A DNA stretch of 64,000 nt from assembly GCF_006345805.1 (NCBI RefSeq), contig NC_043002.1:49166001-49230000 (forward strand), written 5' to 3'. A model generated the notes under the pieces. That model was not told the origin of the DNA. It saw nothing but the letters and a program-made list of their open reading frames with translations, and searched no databases. Of this stretch, positions 1-13,348 are shown in pieces. A program made the translations under genes and the position numbers. The DNA comes from Octopus sinensis (Eukaryota). Each line of letters starts with the position of its first letter. The first letter of the stretch is position 1.

Positions 1-158
1 ATCGACCTCAGAGTTTCGTTGGCACTTAATTTATCGCTCCCGAAAAGATGAGAAGCAAAGTCAACCTCGGTGGAATTTGAACTCAAAATGTAAAGACGAG
101 TGAAATACCGCTAAGCATTTCGTTCAGCATGCTAACGACTCTGCCAGCTCGCTGACTT
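1..158 (-). mobile_element. tRNA-derived SINE, family A (partial, runs off window start)
   Basis: Reverse strand reads head with A-box-like TGGCAGAGTCGTTAG and B-box-like GAGTTCAAATTCC, then the shared core; same sequence recurs more than 25 times in the window. Confidence 0.85.
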
Positions 159-194
159 AATAATAATAATAATAATAATGGCGTAGAATTGCTA

Positions 195-1276
195 AACGGA
201 GAGATAACGGAAGACCCGGATGATGATGGGTACAAATACCTTAGAATCCTGGAGCTGGACAATATCTGGCACAGAGAAAGGAAAGACAAGGTCATCACTG
301 TATATTTCAAGCGCCTCAAACTCCCCTTGAAATCAAAACTCAACTAAAGGAACCTTGTGACTGCCATCAACATATGGGCTGTCGCTGTAGTCCACCATAG
401 TGTACCCATCTTGAAATGGACAGGAGCGGAGATTGACCAACTCGATCGCACAACTCGAAAGACATTGACAGTGCATGATGCCCTCCACCCTAAGGGACGT
501 ACAGAGGCTCTACATGAAGAGGTTTAAAGGTGGACGTGGGCTGATTAGCGTACGCGGGTGCATTAACTCTACTCCGCATGGAATTACATAGTTAGTTCCA
601 CCGTGAAACTAACAAGTTAAAAAACCAGGAAGCATCATGGAAGTGGTTCAGCAAGGGTGACCCAAAAACGAAAACTGGAAGCTTAGTCAATGCTGCCCAG
701 GATCAGGCATTGAATACCAACTCAGTGAAATCTGATATATACCGCACATGTGCAAAGAACCTCTGCATGATGTGTGGAAGAGGGTCGAAAGCATGACTCA
801 CATTGTTTGTGCCTGTGAAAGTCTTGCGCAGAAAGATTACAAGCGCAGAAACGTCAAGGTTGTGCAGAAACTTCACTGGCTACTATGTTGGAAGTATGGA
901 TACGAGGTAACGGGTGCTTGGTACCAATACACATCAGAAAAGGAGAAGGCAAAATCCTCTGGAACTTTGATTTGCAGACAGACAAGGTATTAGAGCACCG
1001 AATGTTGGACATAGTAACCTTTTGGAGGGACAAACAAGAGTGCCTAATAATCGACGTGGTAGTGCCAGAGAATCAACATATTAACATGAAAGAAAGAGAA
1101 AAGATTGAGAAACTTGGAAAACTGAGAATAGAGATCTCCAAAATGTAGCAAGTAAAGTACCATTGCGTAAAATACTGTCTTGAGGTCCTTGTTCTACTCG
1201 ACAGACAGTACAAACACCAGGTAGACACAATATTTTCAATCAACAGCTTCACGATATTGGATATTGTGCGACGGCT
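195..1276 (+). mobile_element. 5'-truncated, decayed R4/Dong-clade (RLE-type) non-LTR retrotransposon, copy 1
   Basis: Stitched translation gives YKYL (231-242), RLYMKRFKGGRGL (505-543), a Cys/His knuckle remnant ESMTHIVCAC..LAQKDYKRR, then KILWNFDLQTDKVLEHRMLDIV..CLIIDVVVP..KEREKIEK (degenerate PD..D/ExK endonuclease; ORFs 748-993 and 885-1148). Has stops and frameshifts. Confidence 0.85.
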
Positions 1277-1314
1277 TAAATAAATAAATAAATAAATAAA
1301 TTAATTAATTAATA

Positions 1315-1357
<43 letters not shown>

Positions 1358-1443
1358 GGACGGTTTTTGGCATCTAGGGTTACATGTTGTAGCCCGATGT
1401 TAGGAATTTTTCTTTTCCAGCAGTCTAATTTGTTGTGCGTATA

Positions 1444-1527
<84 letters not shown>

Positions 1528-1545
1528 CAACAACAACAACAATAA
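1277..1545. repeat. Compound microsatellite (TAAA)n/(TAA)n ... (TAA)n(CAA)n
   Basis: Read directly; source of the poly-N/I/L/Y pseudo-ORFs in the track. Confidence 0.95.
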
Positions 1546-2779
1546 TAATAACGGTGATGATACTAATAAGAATAGTGATGAAAAAAAGAGAGGAGGACAC
1601 TACTGCTGTTAATGATGATGATGTTGATAAAGCTGATGCGTTCTAATATAAAATCACTCTGTCATTGATAGAAAAGGATGTTTCAAACGCAAAACTGTTT
1701 TCATAATCCAGCCGGTTGCTTCAATTAATGTAGAAGGTAATATTTGATTAGAGTTCCTTAACTGGAGGTTTTATAATGTAGTCATTAAAACCATTTCAAA
1801 AGGTTTCTAATTCGACTAATTCCAAGTAAAAAGAAGAAAAAAAACTTCCTTAGTTTATGTTAATTTCTTTCTTAATAAAAATGCAGAGTAAAGAAAATTT
1901 TGCTGATTATCGATTATAAATAATAATAGTTCTTGAAATAGCCATTAGCATAACTAGAAAATTAGAACCAAACAAAGAAGAAAAATATATATAACGTTTT
2001 TAAGTCAGATTTTGTTAATGGAGAAATCACTGAGTGTAATGGATTACATTAGGAAAAGATACTTGAGAAAAGAGAAAATAAGACAACAAATAAACAAAGA
2101 AAATGAGGATAAATGGAGGATGTGTCAACTGAAGGATTTGTGAGAACGATTATAGTTTGGTTTGTGCATAGTTTCTTAACATGCTATTATATTGCTGTTT
2201 GATATTCCTATAGAGTGTCAAATGTTTTCTACGGTTTTTATTTGTATGTCCAGAGACAGTGATTATATCATTACTGGAACTGTTATACACTTGATCTTTA
2301 ACTAAAGCAGGTAATAATTTCATTTGAAGCAGAACTTGATTGACGACACCTACACATAATTCAACTAAAACTAAAACTTAAACTTTGATTGAATAATTTG
2401 AAATAGTTTTTTTCTAAAATAAAAATAAACCCCGAGAAATTTACGTTAATAACAAACTTTCCAGATCGTAACCTACAGAAACTTAAAAATACTATGTTTT
2501 TCTTTTACTCTCGCTTTTATTTTTTTCTTATCCTCCTTCAGTCATGTAACACATAATTTCAGACAATTAACACTGCTTGTTTCCAAACATCAATTTTAAA
2601 CTTGATTTTAGCAGGAAATACTAAACATAATAAAATCTGATTATTCTAGTCACGATATAAAATATGTAACAACGGTTTTATCCACGTTTCTACATTAAAC
2701 TAAAACATATCATTGTCTTCTTAACAGTAAGTTCGAAGTGAAGCCTAATTCTATAATTAAGAAATATCGAAACAATACA

Positions 2780-3010
2780 CGGTTCATGCTCTCCAAATAG
2801 TCGTTGTTTATCCCAGGTCAGCCCTGATACAGAAGACCTATGACCAAAAACGTTACATCAGTGATTCTCCAGTCTTTTATTCTGATATAATGTATCTAGG
2901 CCTACCGTTATTCCACGAATAATTTATTTTTATGGCGTCAGAATGTTACTGGCAGTATATTTGGTTGCTATTTCAAGCTGGTCACGTGACGGCGTAGAAA
3001 CTTCCATGTA
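2780..3010. repeat. Dispersed repeat (SINE-like family E), decayed
   Basis: cccaggtcagccctgat..gacctatgaccaaa and tttggttgctatttc motifs recur in reverse orientation near 39120-39250 and 41430-41720. Confidence 0.45.
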
Positions 3011-3719
3011 GATTCGTATTCTTACGGTGAAGTCCTGAGATGATCCGGTAGCCAGCAATTGTGGAATAAATCAGATTAGCCTTATTTTGACAATTTGAGG
3101 AATATTTGAGAAATTAACATTTGTAGTCAAATGTGACTGTTTGTACAATGCTTCACTTGTAATGAACACTTTCAGGGAGTGTATATTTTATGTTAGTTCA
3201 ATATACATAACTCGTAAGCACTTTCAAATATTATAGATCAAGTATAAAGGAAAGCAAGTAGCAATTTGATCAACAGCACATATAATGTTTGTATATTGAT
3301 CAAATAACTTTAATTTTAGAATTGCTACGAAAAAAATGTTTAGTAAAGCATTATTAAATTTTGAAAAAGAAAAATGCACAAGCATGAAAATGCCTATATT
3401 TTTGGTATCTGAAATCAAAAGCCCGTCATTTTACATAAAGTGGTATTTCGAGTTGAAAAATCTCCAGATCAGATAGAGATGGGGTGGTTAGGATAGGAAA
3501 TTATCGAAATAACCCTCGTTGAAGTTTAGCCTCTGAATACCACAATTAGTACACTGAACTGACTTGCAGATATATCTTTATTTTGTAATAGACTCCAGTT
3601 AATAAATGAAGTAAAATTTCACGTGAACATCTTCCGAAAGCCGCATCACAATGTCTCGAAAGAAAACTTAAATGTTCTATACTCGAGTAAATTTTCTAAC
3701 CTTTTTTCTCTGTTTTAGC

Positions 3720-4600
3720 ATTGAGAAATATGTCGCCAGAAATAACCATCACCTTGTTGGTGAAGGACATCTTGTCCGATAGAAAGTAGGAGACAATAAT
3801 CTTGGAGGTGATGAAAATACCAAAGCAAAGCTGACCAGGAGTAGTTATGGAACTGACAATACATGCAAATCAAGAAAAACAATGAAAACATACTTGGCCT
3901 GATCGACCTCCTGCACGGCATTCAGCTATGTATGACACAGGAGTGGGGAAGGCCAAGATGTTACATATGCAGAAGTTTTACCCTGTCCTCAAAGAATCAA
4001 GAAAGAAAAAAAGATCTCCACTTTTGCCAACACCACAAATACAGCACCCACAATAACTGCAGCGGGTAAACATACCAGTAACATCAGCCACAGAGACTGC
4101 AACAACAGAAGCAGAGGTTCCAAATACACCAGCGACAATATCAACAACAGAGTTCCTCACAACAACACCAACACAATACCACAGGGAAATACCTTTCCTG
4201 TTTAGGATCCCTCCGATATGTCTTGCGGTGAAGGTGAAGGGAAAGAACATTGGAAAACCGTCCCCGTAAGAAGAGAAAGGAAAAGAAAACATGAAATAAA
4301 TTCATACATGCAAAATGCTGACTGGAGAAAGCTAAAAGCAACACGTCCTACAGCAACATCAACACGAACTCCACTATGTCCGCCACTATCATCAGCAGAC
4401 ACGTCATCACCATAAACATAATCAATACCACAAACATCACACCAAGAACAAACACAACCAAATTTACACTCACACCAACGACTAGAACAGCGTCTGCAAA
4501 CCGAACAGAAGAAAACATCGACTATACAGCTTATGACAAGCACTAATGAATTAATAGAAAATGTTCATCAAACATTCAAACATTGTGAACAATGACTGTA
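3720..4600 (+). pseudogene. Possible decayed LINE ORF1 (gag-like) remnant
   Basis: WGRPRCYICRS knuckle-like motif, T/P-rich linker and basic WKTVPVRRERKRK segment; many stops; strong A/C strand skew. Confidence 0.3.
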
Positions 4601-4719
4601 TTACACGACTCCATAACATACCAACTTACACTTAAATTCTAATAATCAGTTCAAGAAATGTATCATAAACAGACCAGCAACAGGAATTTGCTTGCAATGT
4701 AAGAGACTAACTTCCAACG

Positions 4720-5850
4720 ACAATTCCAGAAGAAACCTGTATATCAACTCAATAACTTTAGATGAATCAACAGATTCCATTGATTCATCTCCAGTATTGT
4801 ATTTTGTTTGTGTTGTAACTGGAGATTATTATGTATTTAAAGAATTGCATGAATTGCCATAGACGCTCTAAACGAGAAGACGTGGGGAATTGACTTTTCA
4901 ACAACTTTAAAGTAATCGAGTTTTCACCGTCTTGGTGTGTGTTTGTATTGATGACGCATCATCTACGACTGGAGAAAATGAAGGATTTATTGAACATCTT
5001 AAAAGAGAACTCTCAAATCCCAATCTACTGGTTTGTTTTCGTTGTTTTAAGCATCAGCAGAATACCTGAGCCAAATCTGTCATTTTGAATGACATTTTGC
5101 AAAAAGTTATCGGTTCTGGGAACAGTATTCGAACGAATATTATGAGGCATTGCCAGTTTCGATACATGTTCATGATAGATGATGCGATGATGTCAATTTA
5201 CCCTATCAAATGAAATTCTGTTGGTTATTGCAAGAACAAGCATTATCTAAATTATATCTTAACAAGGGAAAAGAATTGTCCTGTTTCAAAAACCAAAAAA
5301 AAAAAAAAAGAAAGAATCAGATACAAATTTTCACCTAGATGTTGTTTGCATGCGACTTAATGTTGAAGCAAAATGAATAAAATAAAATGAATAATAAGGC
5401 TATATATAACATGTGGCAAAAATTTTGGAATTTATTTTTTGCTTAGGTACAACTTTCAGAACTCTTTTCCCATTTCATAAAAATAATACTAATCAGTTTC
5501 AGACTTATTTGTTAAAAAAGGTAATGAAAAATTTAATGACTTTGAAAAGAGTTATTTCACACTGAAAATAGCTTTTGAACTTCAGTTGAGGTATCAAAGG
5601 CACCAGCAACAGGAGAGCTGCAAATGGAACTGATTGCATTATCCAAAGATAATGTTCTGAAATATCAGTTTGATAGTAAAGAAAACCTCACTGGAATTTG
5701 GAAAAAAGGTGGTGAAATACCCTCGCTTTGGCGCATATGTCGGGCGATGATTTCGTTTTTTACTACAACATTCTGGTGTGAAAACACATTGTCAAATCAA
5801 GGATTCGTAGAGAACACAGATTAGCAGTGAGACCCCAGAGGACCAATTAA
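4720..5850 (+). pseudogene. hAT (Charlie/Buster, GTF2IRD2-like) transposase fossil
   Basis: ITLDESTDSIDSSPVLYFV (first catalytic D, 4761), CVCIDDASSTTG (TDGA-like), RCFKHQ (CxxH, about 5043-5054), and a C-terminal dimerisation-like LQMELIAL..W..PSL..FTTTFWCENTLS segment (ORF 5624-5824). Interrupted by stops and frameshifts. Confidence 0.8.
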
Positions 5851-6689
5851 AACTAAAAAACCTCTTTGTTAGAATTTGGATTCATAGTACTGTCTCACAA
5901 GAAGCAATCTGGAAGTAGTCATTAGCTTGCTTAAGAATTAAGTGAATAAATGACTTGTTTTAAACTGTTTAGTTGTATATTGTCTGTGAGTTGTTTATTT
6001 AAATTATGATAGCAGAAGGTGTAAAATTACTTAGAAATTGGCCGAAACAATATTCTGTGTTGTCACATAAGAAAATTCTTTACTCCTCCACTAACCAAAG
6101 CGTGAGTGTCACATTTCTCAGAGAGTAATCCTTAGGATACGCGAGAGGAGCTAGGGCCGTCGGAGCTATAACACAGTGCCCCGAACATCCAGGTGACGGT
6201 ATCTTCAGATACTTGCAGGGCAACAGCCATTGTGTAATGTGATCCCCAATTAACAAGACAGAGTGGTTCTAGTTCGACGTTAACCTGTCTAAAAGAACAA
6301 TGGACTTGGTGTACCAGACTGGCTGGCAGGCAATTGCACGTTCAACGCCAATAGGAAAAAAGAAAAAAAAACAGGAGGCGCGTATATACTAAAGCTACAG
6401 GCCCTTAGTAAACTTGAATATGATGTATATATTATATAGAGGTTGTTTAAATGCATTTCTCCAGAATTATACAACATGAATCACATAATATAGTGGTAGG
6501 TGAGCAGGCAGGCGGATAGAAAGGAGCTTAGGGCTGTGCCGAACAGCTCTTCGCCAACAAATTTGCCCTTCTGAAACCTGCTAGACTATTAGAAGGCACG
6601 TGACTTCGTTCCTCACACAGGGGTAAGAGAATCACTAAGTTTCGTTAAAGTTATAACAGATATTAAGAGACTAGCTATTAAGAGACTGG

Positions 6690-8040
6690 CAATAATGTGG
6701 TGTACAAAGCTATTGATAAGAACTGAAGCTACCGCTACAGTCATTATCAGAATTAGGCTATCAACAGGGATATTTCAGGGTGGCAACTTATAAATAATAC
6801 TTTTCGTCCTAGCAAAAATCCCTTGTTGCTCCTGTCATGGAAATGCATAGGCTGCATGATAGAATCTGCAGATGAACAAAAAAATTAATATCGCCCACAC
6901 CTTTTATGTTGGTGATCTTAATCTATACATGAGTAATATTTATAATACCAAGAGACAAATAGAACTAATCGCAACACTCTCGAGGGGTATAGGAATAGAA
7001 TTTGTTTAGAATAAGTGATCATGTTTGGTAGTCAAACGAGGAAAGATTGTCGACCAGGCAAACAATATCGATGCCGATGACTCACTAATTTCTGTCACCA
7101 ATAACGAATGCTACAAATACCTTCGAATCAATGAAAATGTTGCATATGTTGGCGCTGTTAGTAAAAATAGAGCGAAAAATGAGTACTTCGATAGACTTCG
7201 GAAGATATGAATGTCAAAGTTATCTGCATTCAATAAAACCACATCCAACAATGCATTCGCGGTGCGAATGCTAATGCCAACAAATACATGAAGAAATCTG
7301 CACCTGTACACAAGGACTAGGAAGATATCAACTTCTATTTCAATAGCGACACTGACAGGATCTGAGTTAAACGGAAGGATGAATGAAGATACATAAGATA
7401 TTTCTTGGTGGCCTTTGAGTGCCGTATCATATCGCATAGGCAACATACACTGAAGAGCAAAAAGAGAAATGAATACATTACATGTACACCAAACACCGAG
7501 TGTAAGCATTACATTAGGCGGAGAACTTCTAAACAAGTACCCTGAGTTTACCATTGTTCCATCTGAACCAAGTGTGTTTGCACTGGCTTACTTAAACTGA
7601 AGAACTTGGAGGAGAAATACTCATTATACCAACAGAAAATTATGCATGGGTAAATGTCCTGCAAGTTGGAGAATGCCAACAACAGTGACAGGAACAATAG
7701 TTTCTCCTGGATCTATGCTAAGTACATCACATCGCACCAAGAAAACTAAGCATTTGCTAGCCAGGAATAGGAGGCAGCTACGAAATAGTTGATCAACAAG
7801 AGAGATAAAGATGTCTCCAGACTGCTACGCTTTCTTAAAAACGTCGATTGTACCATACCGGTGTGGAAGGTATCACCCATATCATCATCAGCTGTTCAAA
7901 ACTGTCAGCAAGTTATCACTTTTCTACGAAACATGGCATTGTTGTTAAAAGTCTACAATGATGTACGCAGAGTGATTGTCCCTATGGCCATGCTAAACGC
8001 ACATCAGAACCGGAATGTATCCACACTTTTAAATATAGAG
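6690..8040 (+). mobile_element. Decayed R4/Dong-clade non-LTR retrotransposon, copy 2 (RT domain and downstream)
   Basis: GIFQG (6767-6781), FYVGDLNLY (degenerate YMDD, 6902-6928), IGIEF..NK..LVVKRGK, YKYL (7112-7123), EYFDRLRKI*MSKLSAFNK; the rest is heavily decayed. Confidence 0.75.
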
Positions 8041-8773
8041 TACTAGTGGAACATTGCAATAAAAAAAATGAAAACAACAACTCATTGTAAGCACAACAGG
8101 ATAGATATTGCTGTATGAGACAGAGAACAAAAGTCATGTAATATTGTAGAGATCCGCTACCTGGTAGATTTGAATGTCTCCTCAAAAATGATACAAAGGA
8201 AAATCTATGAAGAAATGATATGAAACCAACTGTTCTTTTATCCAGGTTATAGATTTTGATTTGCACAATCGAAATTCACAAAATAATGGAATATGAAAGT
8301 ATTTTGATTTATTTTCCTTGCTATACGTGAACAATGTATCCTTAATTTCTTTAAAATTATAATTACTCTAACACCATCGTTATTTTAGCGTGACTAGTAG
8401 GAAAGTGTGACTGGTAGGTTGAAATAACAAAGAAGTGAATCAAGGTTTCAATCGAGGTTTAAGGACGGTGACGGTGAGTATGAGTTAACCGGAATGAATG
8501 AAAGCTGCAGAGTTTGAGGTGTGGCTTTCTAGGAATGATGATACTCAAAATTAACAATAAAAGTAACATGTTAATTAAACTAAATTCAGAATGAAATTTT
8601 AGGTTTTATTGCTTCAAAAAAATTCAGATGTTTTGGCTGTGTTCAAACCATCATCATATGTCAGATAGTTTATAAAGTATTATATAGGGAGGATTATGGC
8701 GAGAGGGAATATTATTCAGTGATGATTATGCTGCATTCTAAAGGCTATAAGCAATTCAGTGAGTATAATTATA

Positions 8774-8900
8774 CAGGGTGATTCAAAAGTCGCCATACAA
8801 AAGAACAATTTATTCTTTTTATAAGAAACATTTTTTTATTTAACTGTTTCTTATAAAAAAAATAAATTTTTCCTATGTATGGTGACTTTTGATCACCCTG
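8774..8900. mobile_element. 127-bp Tc1/mariner-type MITE
   Basis: TA on both sides; about 25-bp TIRs cagggtgattcaaaagtcgccataca / tgtatggtgacttttgatcaccctg. Confidence 0.85.
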
Positions 8901-8917
8901 TATATTAAAAGAACGCT

Positions 8918-9100
8918 ATGTATATATACACACATACACACACACACATATACCTACACATATATATAAGTGTGTGTGTGTATGTATATGTAAATGAGAC
9001 TATACATGCGCTAGCGTGTGTGTGTGAGAGAGAGAGAGAAAGAGAGAGAAAAAGAGAGAAAGAGAGAGAGCGAAAGAGAGAGAAAGAAAGAGAGAGAGAA
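8918..9100. repeat. Compound (TA)/(CA)/(TG)/(GA) microsatellite
   Basis: Read directly. Confidence 0.9.
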
Positions 9101-12100
9101 ATGGCGGTGAGAGTATGCGTCTGTTGTCGATATTTTGTTATTAGTATAAAATGGATTTTATTGATATGATTTGGATACTTTGTTCGGATACAAATTTCTG
9201 ATCATCATATATTCTATCAACCTTCATTTTATCTCATGTCCAAATGCTATAATGGTTTTAATGGCGTGTGTGTATTTGTGTAAGTATTGTTTTGTGAGTG
9301 TTTATGTGTGAATGTGTAAGAGCGTGTATATCTGTGAGTGTGTATATATGTGTGTGTGTATGTGAGAGAGGCTGTATGTTGTATACACAACTGTATTTGT
9401 TTCTGCTATGCATGCCGTTAGCTGGTCACTTTATAAGTGATTTCCCTATATTCATTTGCAATACATCTGTTTAGGTTTTCTCAGTATCATCCATTCGACA
9501 ATTATACGTCATTGGAAATCTCCCCAAAGGCTACTTGTCAGTTCTGCATTTTAGTTTGACCGCTTCAGGTATCATGGTGATACTAGTCATTCATCTCAGC
9601 CATTGGCAGCAGCATCAATAGAAAATGTTCCTGGCTAAAGTGACCGGAGACTCATGTATTATGCATCTGGCGATCCTTGAAATGCCTGGTACACACAACT
9701 GCAGGGAACCTTTCTCCGCTTCGATTTCTTTGATACAAACAAAAACTTTGTTAACTTTACATGTTCTCTTATTAACGACTAACCGTTTAGTAAAATTGTT
9801 TCGCTTCCATACGCGTTTTTATACATCAATTATACATACTTATACATATATATTCTTGACAGCAATGGAAGTGTTTCGAACTAATGATTGAAATAATAAC
9901 GATTTCTCATATTGGTATAAAATTATACATTTTTAGCAATCGATTAAATCGACGTTGTACATGTCGGGTACATATTTTATATACCCCAGAGAGATGGATT
10001 GAGGCGCAGTCTATTGCGACGGAATTATTAACTCAACATAGACAGATGAAACTAAATACTGTAGGATATCCAATTCTACTTTATATTGTTTCCAGTCCTT
10101 CATCACTCTTCATAAAACTAAAATATTAGACCTTAATATTGTAAAAACAATAATGAGTGAAACCACTATTCTTTCATTCTTTTATTTGTTTCAGTAATTT
10201 GACTGCGGCCATGCATTTTTAAGGTTCTGCAAAATATATTCTTCGGAAATCTATCCAGCTCAATGTCACTTAAAAATCAAATTGCTTGTTTCTATCATGA
10301 AACATACATGTTATTTCTTCCCTATGTTACCATTTAGAATAAGCTGTCAGTTGTAGTGAGTTTTTAGTAATATGTCTCAAGGAAAATGATTCTGTGAGAT
10401 GTATGCCTTTTTCGTGGAATTTAACAATAAAAGTAGTTAAAAGTAACTGCAATTGCTGATGAAAATACCTTGTCCATAGAATATAGACTACTATATGCAA
10501 CTCACCATTAGAAAACTTGTAATAGCATGGGGTTAAGTCAATTGACTATTCTGCACCTCTACAATAAGTCATAATGATTTTATATCCACGAAATGAGGTT
10601 TTATGTTTATAGGAATGACAGCCAATGTTTTTTAATTGAGTCTTTGTGTGATCAACGTGCCTCTTTAATGATTACAAACATTAAAATAATCTAGCTAGTG
10701 TTAAACGCTAGCAGAAGGGTGTGTGTAATATGGAGTTTTGTACTTATATTAAGCGATCTTTATAAATTTATAAATTTATGAATTTTGTTTTAAGAATAAA
10801 GTAATCGGATTGAATGGTTTTTATGGGAAAAATATCCGAAACAAAGAGAGTTGAGTGAAATAAATGAATAACCTATATCTCTAAGATATTTAAAGAGAAT
10901 ATTTTATAAGTTTCTTTTTAAATGCAATCAATGCTTTTAAGATATTAGGTAAATAGACATATCTCTTTCAATGAAGTGTTGATAAGTTAAGCAAAATTAA
11001 AGAATGTTGTGTGCACTCCAACAACACTTTAATGTGTCGAGGAGAGAAGAAAAATATATATCTGGAATAGAAGGGGAAAAAGGAACTCCAACAAGAGAAA
11101 AAGAAATTTAAACTACCACCTCTAAAAGGTGGAATGTGCAGATAACAGAAATAAGCTGAAATTATTCCAGTCACATACAAGCGCATGGCGTTTGAAATTC
11201 AACTACATGAAAAATTCCTTCTATCCTTCTTTTCTAGCAAAACTCAATACACAGACACACTGACGATTCACATGACGTATACTCGTAGAAAAGCAAGCTA
11301 TGTTGAAGTGCCCTACAGATAGAAAATACCTTATATTACTACGAAAATGGCTGCCGTAGGAAGATGAATTCAGAAAGGATAACTACTAGTGATGTGGCTA
11401 GAGGAAGTGAAAAAGCAAATATAAATTTAGAGAAGAGAAAATATATAACTCAAATGTATGACTCAACCAGCAAACATCAACGAAAGCTACACACATAGTG
11501 AGAACACTTCTTTACACATGTCGTTTACATATGGCACTCATTAGCAAGCAGACAAATTTACATTGCTTAAACTGTCAGTAAATGTTTACAACATTTTCAA
11601 GAATTCTTATGTCTATATCAGTCTGTTGTTTTGCCTCGTTTATAGTTGTATTTGTTTATTTCATAAAATAGAATTTGCTTTATATATTATTTCAATATTT
11701 TTTTTTTTATATTTTATATATTAATATATTTTAATATTGATACTTAAATTTGAAACTTCCTTGAAATACTTGTCACACATTACGAAAACCATACCTTTCT
11801 ATCCAAAGTTAATAGTAAGAAGCTTCATTTTAAAGTTCGAAGATGACAATACATAAATTTACTGAGTCTTTGTCTCGTTGAATCTATTCCCTCTCTTTTA
11901 TTATTAAAAGTTCGCAACATTTTCTAAACTTGCTTCGCATAAAGTTTCTACGTCTGAATTTTAGATCATTACATCAATAATTTTTATACGGTTTCAAACA
12001 GTTAGCAAGTGTAATGCATGCAATGAAATCTAAGTGGCAATGTGGTGCATAAAAGTTAATAGAAGTTTAAAAAGAAGTTTTTACAAGAAGGAAAAGTGGA

Positions 12101-13127
12101 ATGGCAGTGCGATTGAAACAAAACACCTTCTTTGGAGATTCAAGATGGGATTGCGGACTCAAATTGAACAAAACAGTTTTCTAGTTTTCATCAAATAATT
12201 AATTAAACAACTTATTTAAGGAGTATTATTAATATACTTTTCATTTTGACAGAGAATAAAGCTCCTCTATGACAATTTCAATCCTCAATTTCAATCCTCA
12301 CTTTACTAATGCAACTTCAGAAAGGCATGAATGTTATATATTATTTCGTTCCTTTAGAAATGTCAACGTCGTCTTACATGGGAAATTAAAGAAGCATTTT
12401 GCGGATTCACTGTAGAGTTTTCTTTGGAATATTTTGCTTATAGAATGTAGTACACATGCTAGTAAAGGAAAGTTACGCTATGAGGTTGATAACCAGCACT
12501 TGATGTTTACTTGACAAGTGTTACGTGCAGGACATGAAATTTTCCTGGGAGAATACAAAGGTGGCTTCCCTTTACCTTCTTCGGGTGTTTTATTTTTTTA
12601 ACTTTTTACAAAAGAAAATTTTGACTCAGTGTGAATAAAGAGGAATGACCACAATGAGCTGCAAAGTTGAGCTTGGCGCGATTTGCACTCAGAAGGAAGA
12701 GAGATCTCAATGTATTTTACCCGACCCTCTAATGACTTTACCAATTCACCAACTCAAATGTCTTTAGCCAGATTATTAAAAAACAAACCAGCAAATTAGA
12801 AAGAAGGTTAGTGATAATCTTCTTCGTCTAAAAAGTCTTTCAACACTGTCCATTCAAAACCCTCCAACAAACCTTAAATTTCTCTGAGCAAGGAACCTTT
12901 CTTTATAGAAGACGAAATTTATCTGATGTTACGAATTTTATTCAGTCTAAGGAAGCAGGTTTAATCAAGATATTTCTATTACAAAAACATAAAAAAACTA
13001 ATTCATGTAACAGTACTTTTTACAGAATAAGTTTGTAGTTTTTAAGTACTCACGTCACAACATCCAGCTGATATAACCTTACGTTACACATCATTACTTC
13101 TGCCATCTTGATTATAAGACTTGAAAA

Positions 13128-13348
13128 GGTGGCAATCTGACTAAATCGTTAGCACGCCGGACAAAATGCTTAGTGGCATTTCGTATGTCTATAACGTTCT
13201 AATTTCAAACTTCACCGAGATCAATTTATCTTTCATCTCTTTTAGGGCCATTGAAATAAGTAATAGTTGAGCACTACGGCTGGTGTAATTGATTTACCCC
13301 CTCCCACCAAAATTTCAGGCGTTATGTCTATAGTAGAAAGGATTATAA
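13128..13348 (+). mobile_element. SINE family A, full length, diverged
   Basis: Head aatcgttagcacgccggacaaaatgcttag, core tttcatc..aataagta..ttgagcact, tail tatagtagaaaggattat. Confidence 0.8.

Noticed and set aside
1309-1646. Poly-L/Y/I/N ORFs here and the many YI/HT/CV/MYVC-repeat ORFs elsewhere (e.g. 34482-34721, 46843-47342, 48816-49242, 59708-60589, 63585-63989)
   Set aside because: They are translations of microsatellites that lack stop codons, with no domain content.
6060-6690. GC-richer segment as the 5' UTR or an HDV-like ribozyme of R4 copy 2
   Set aside because: I could not build the nested double pseudoknot by eye, and the N-terminal ORF that should lie between it and the RT is missing.
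10940-11250. KLPPLKGG motif suggesting a non-LTR RT C-terminus
   Set aside because: Isolated short match without flanking RT or endonuclease motifs.
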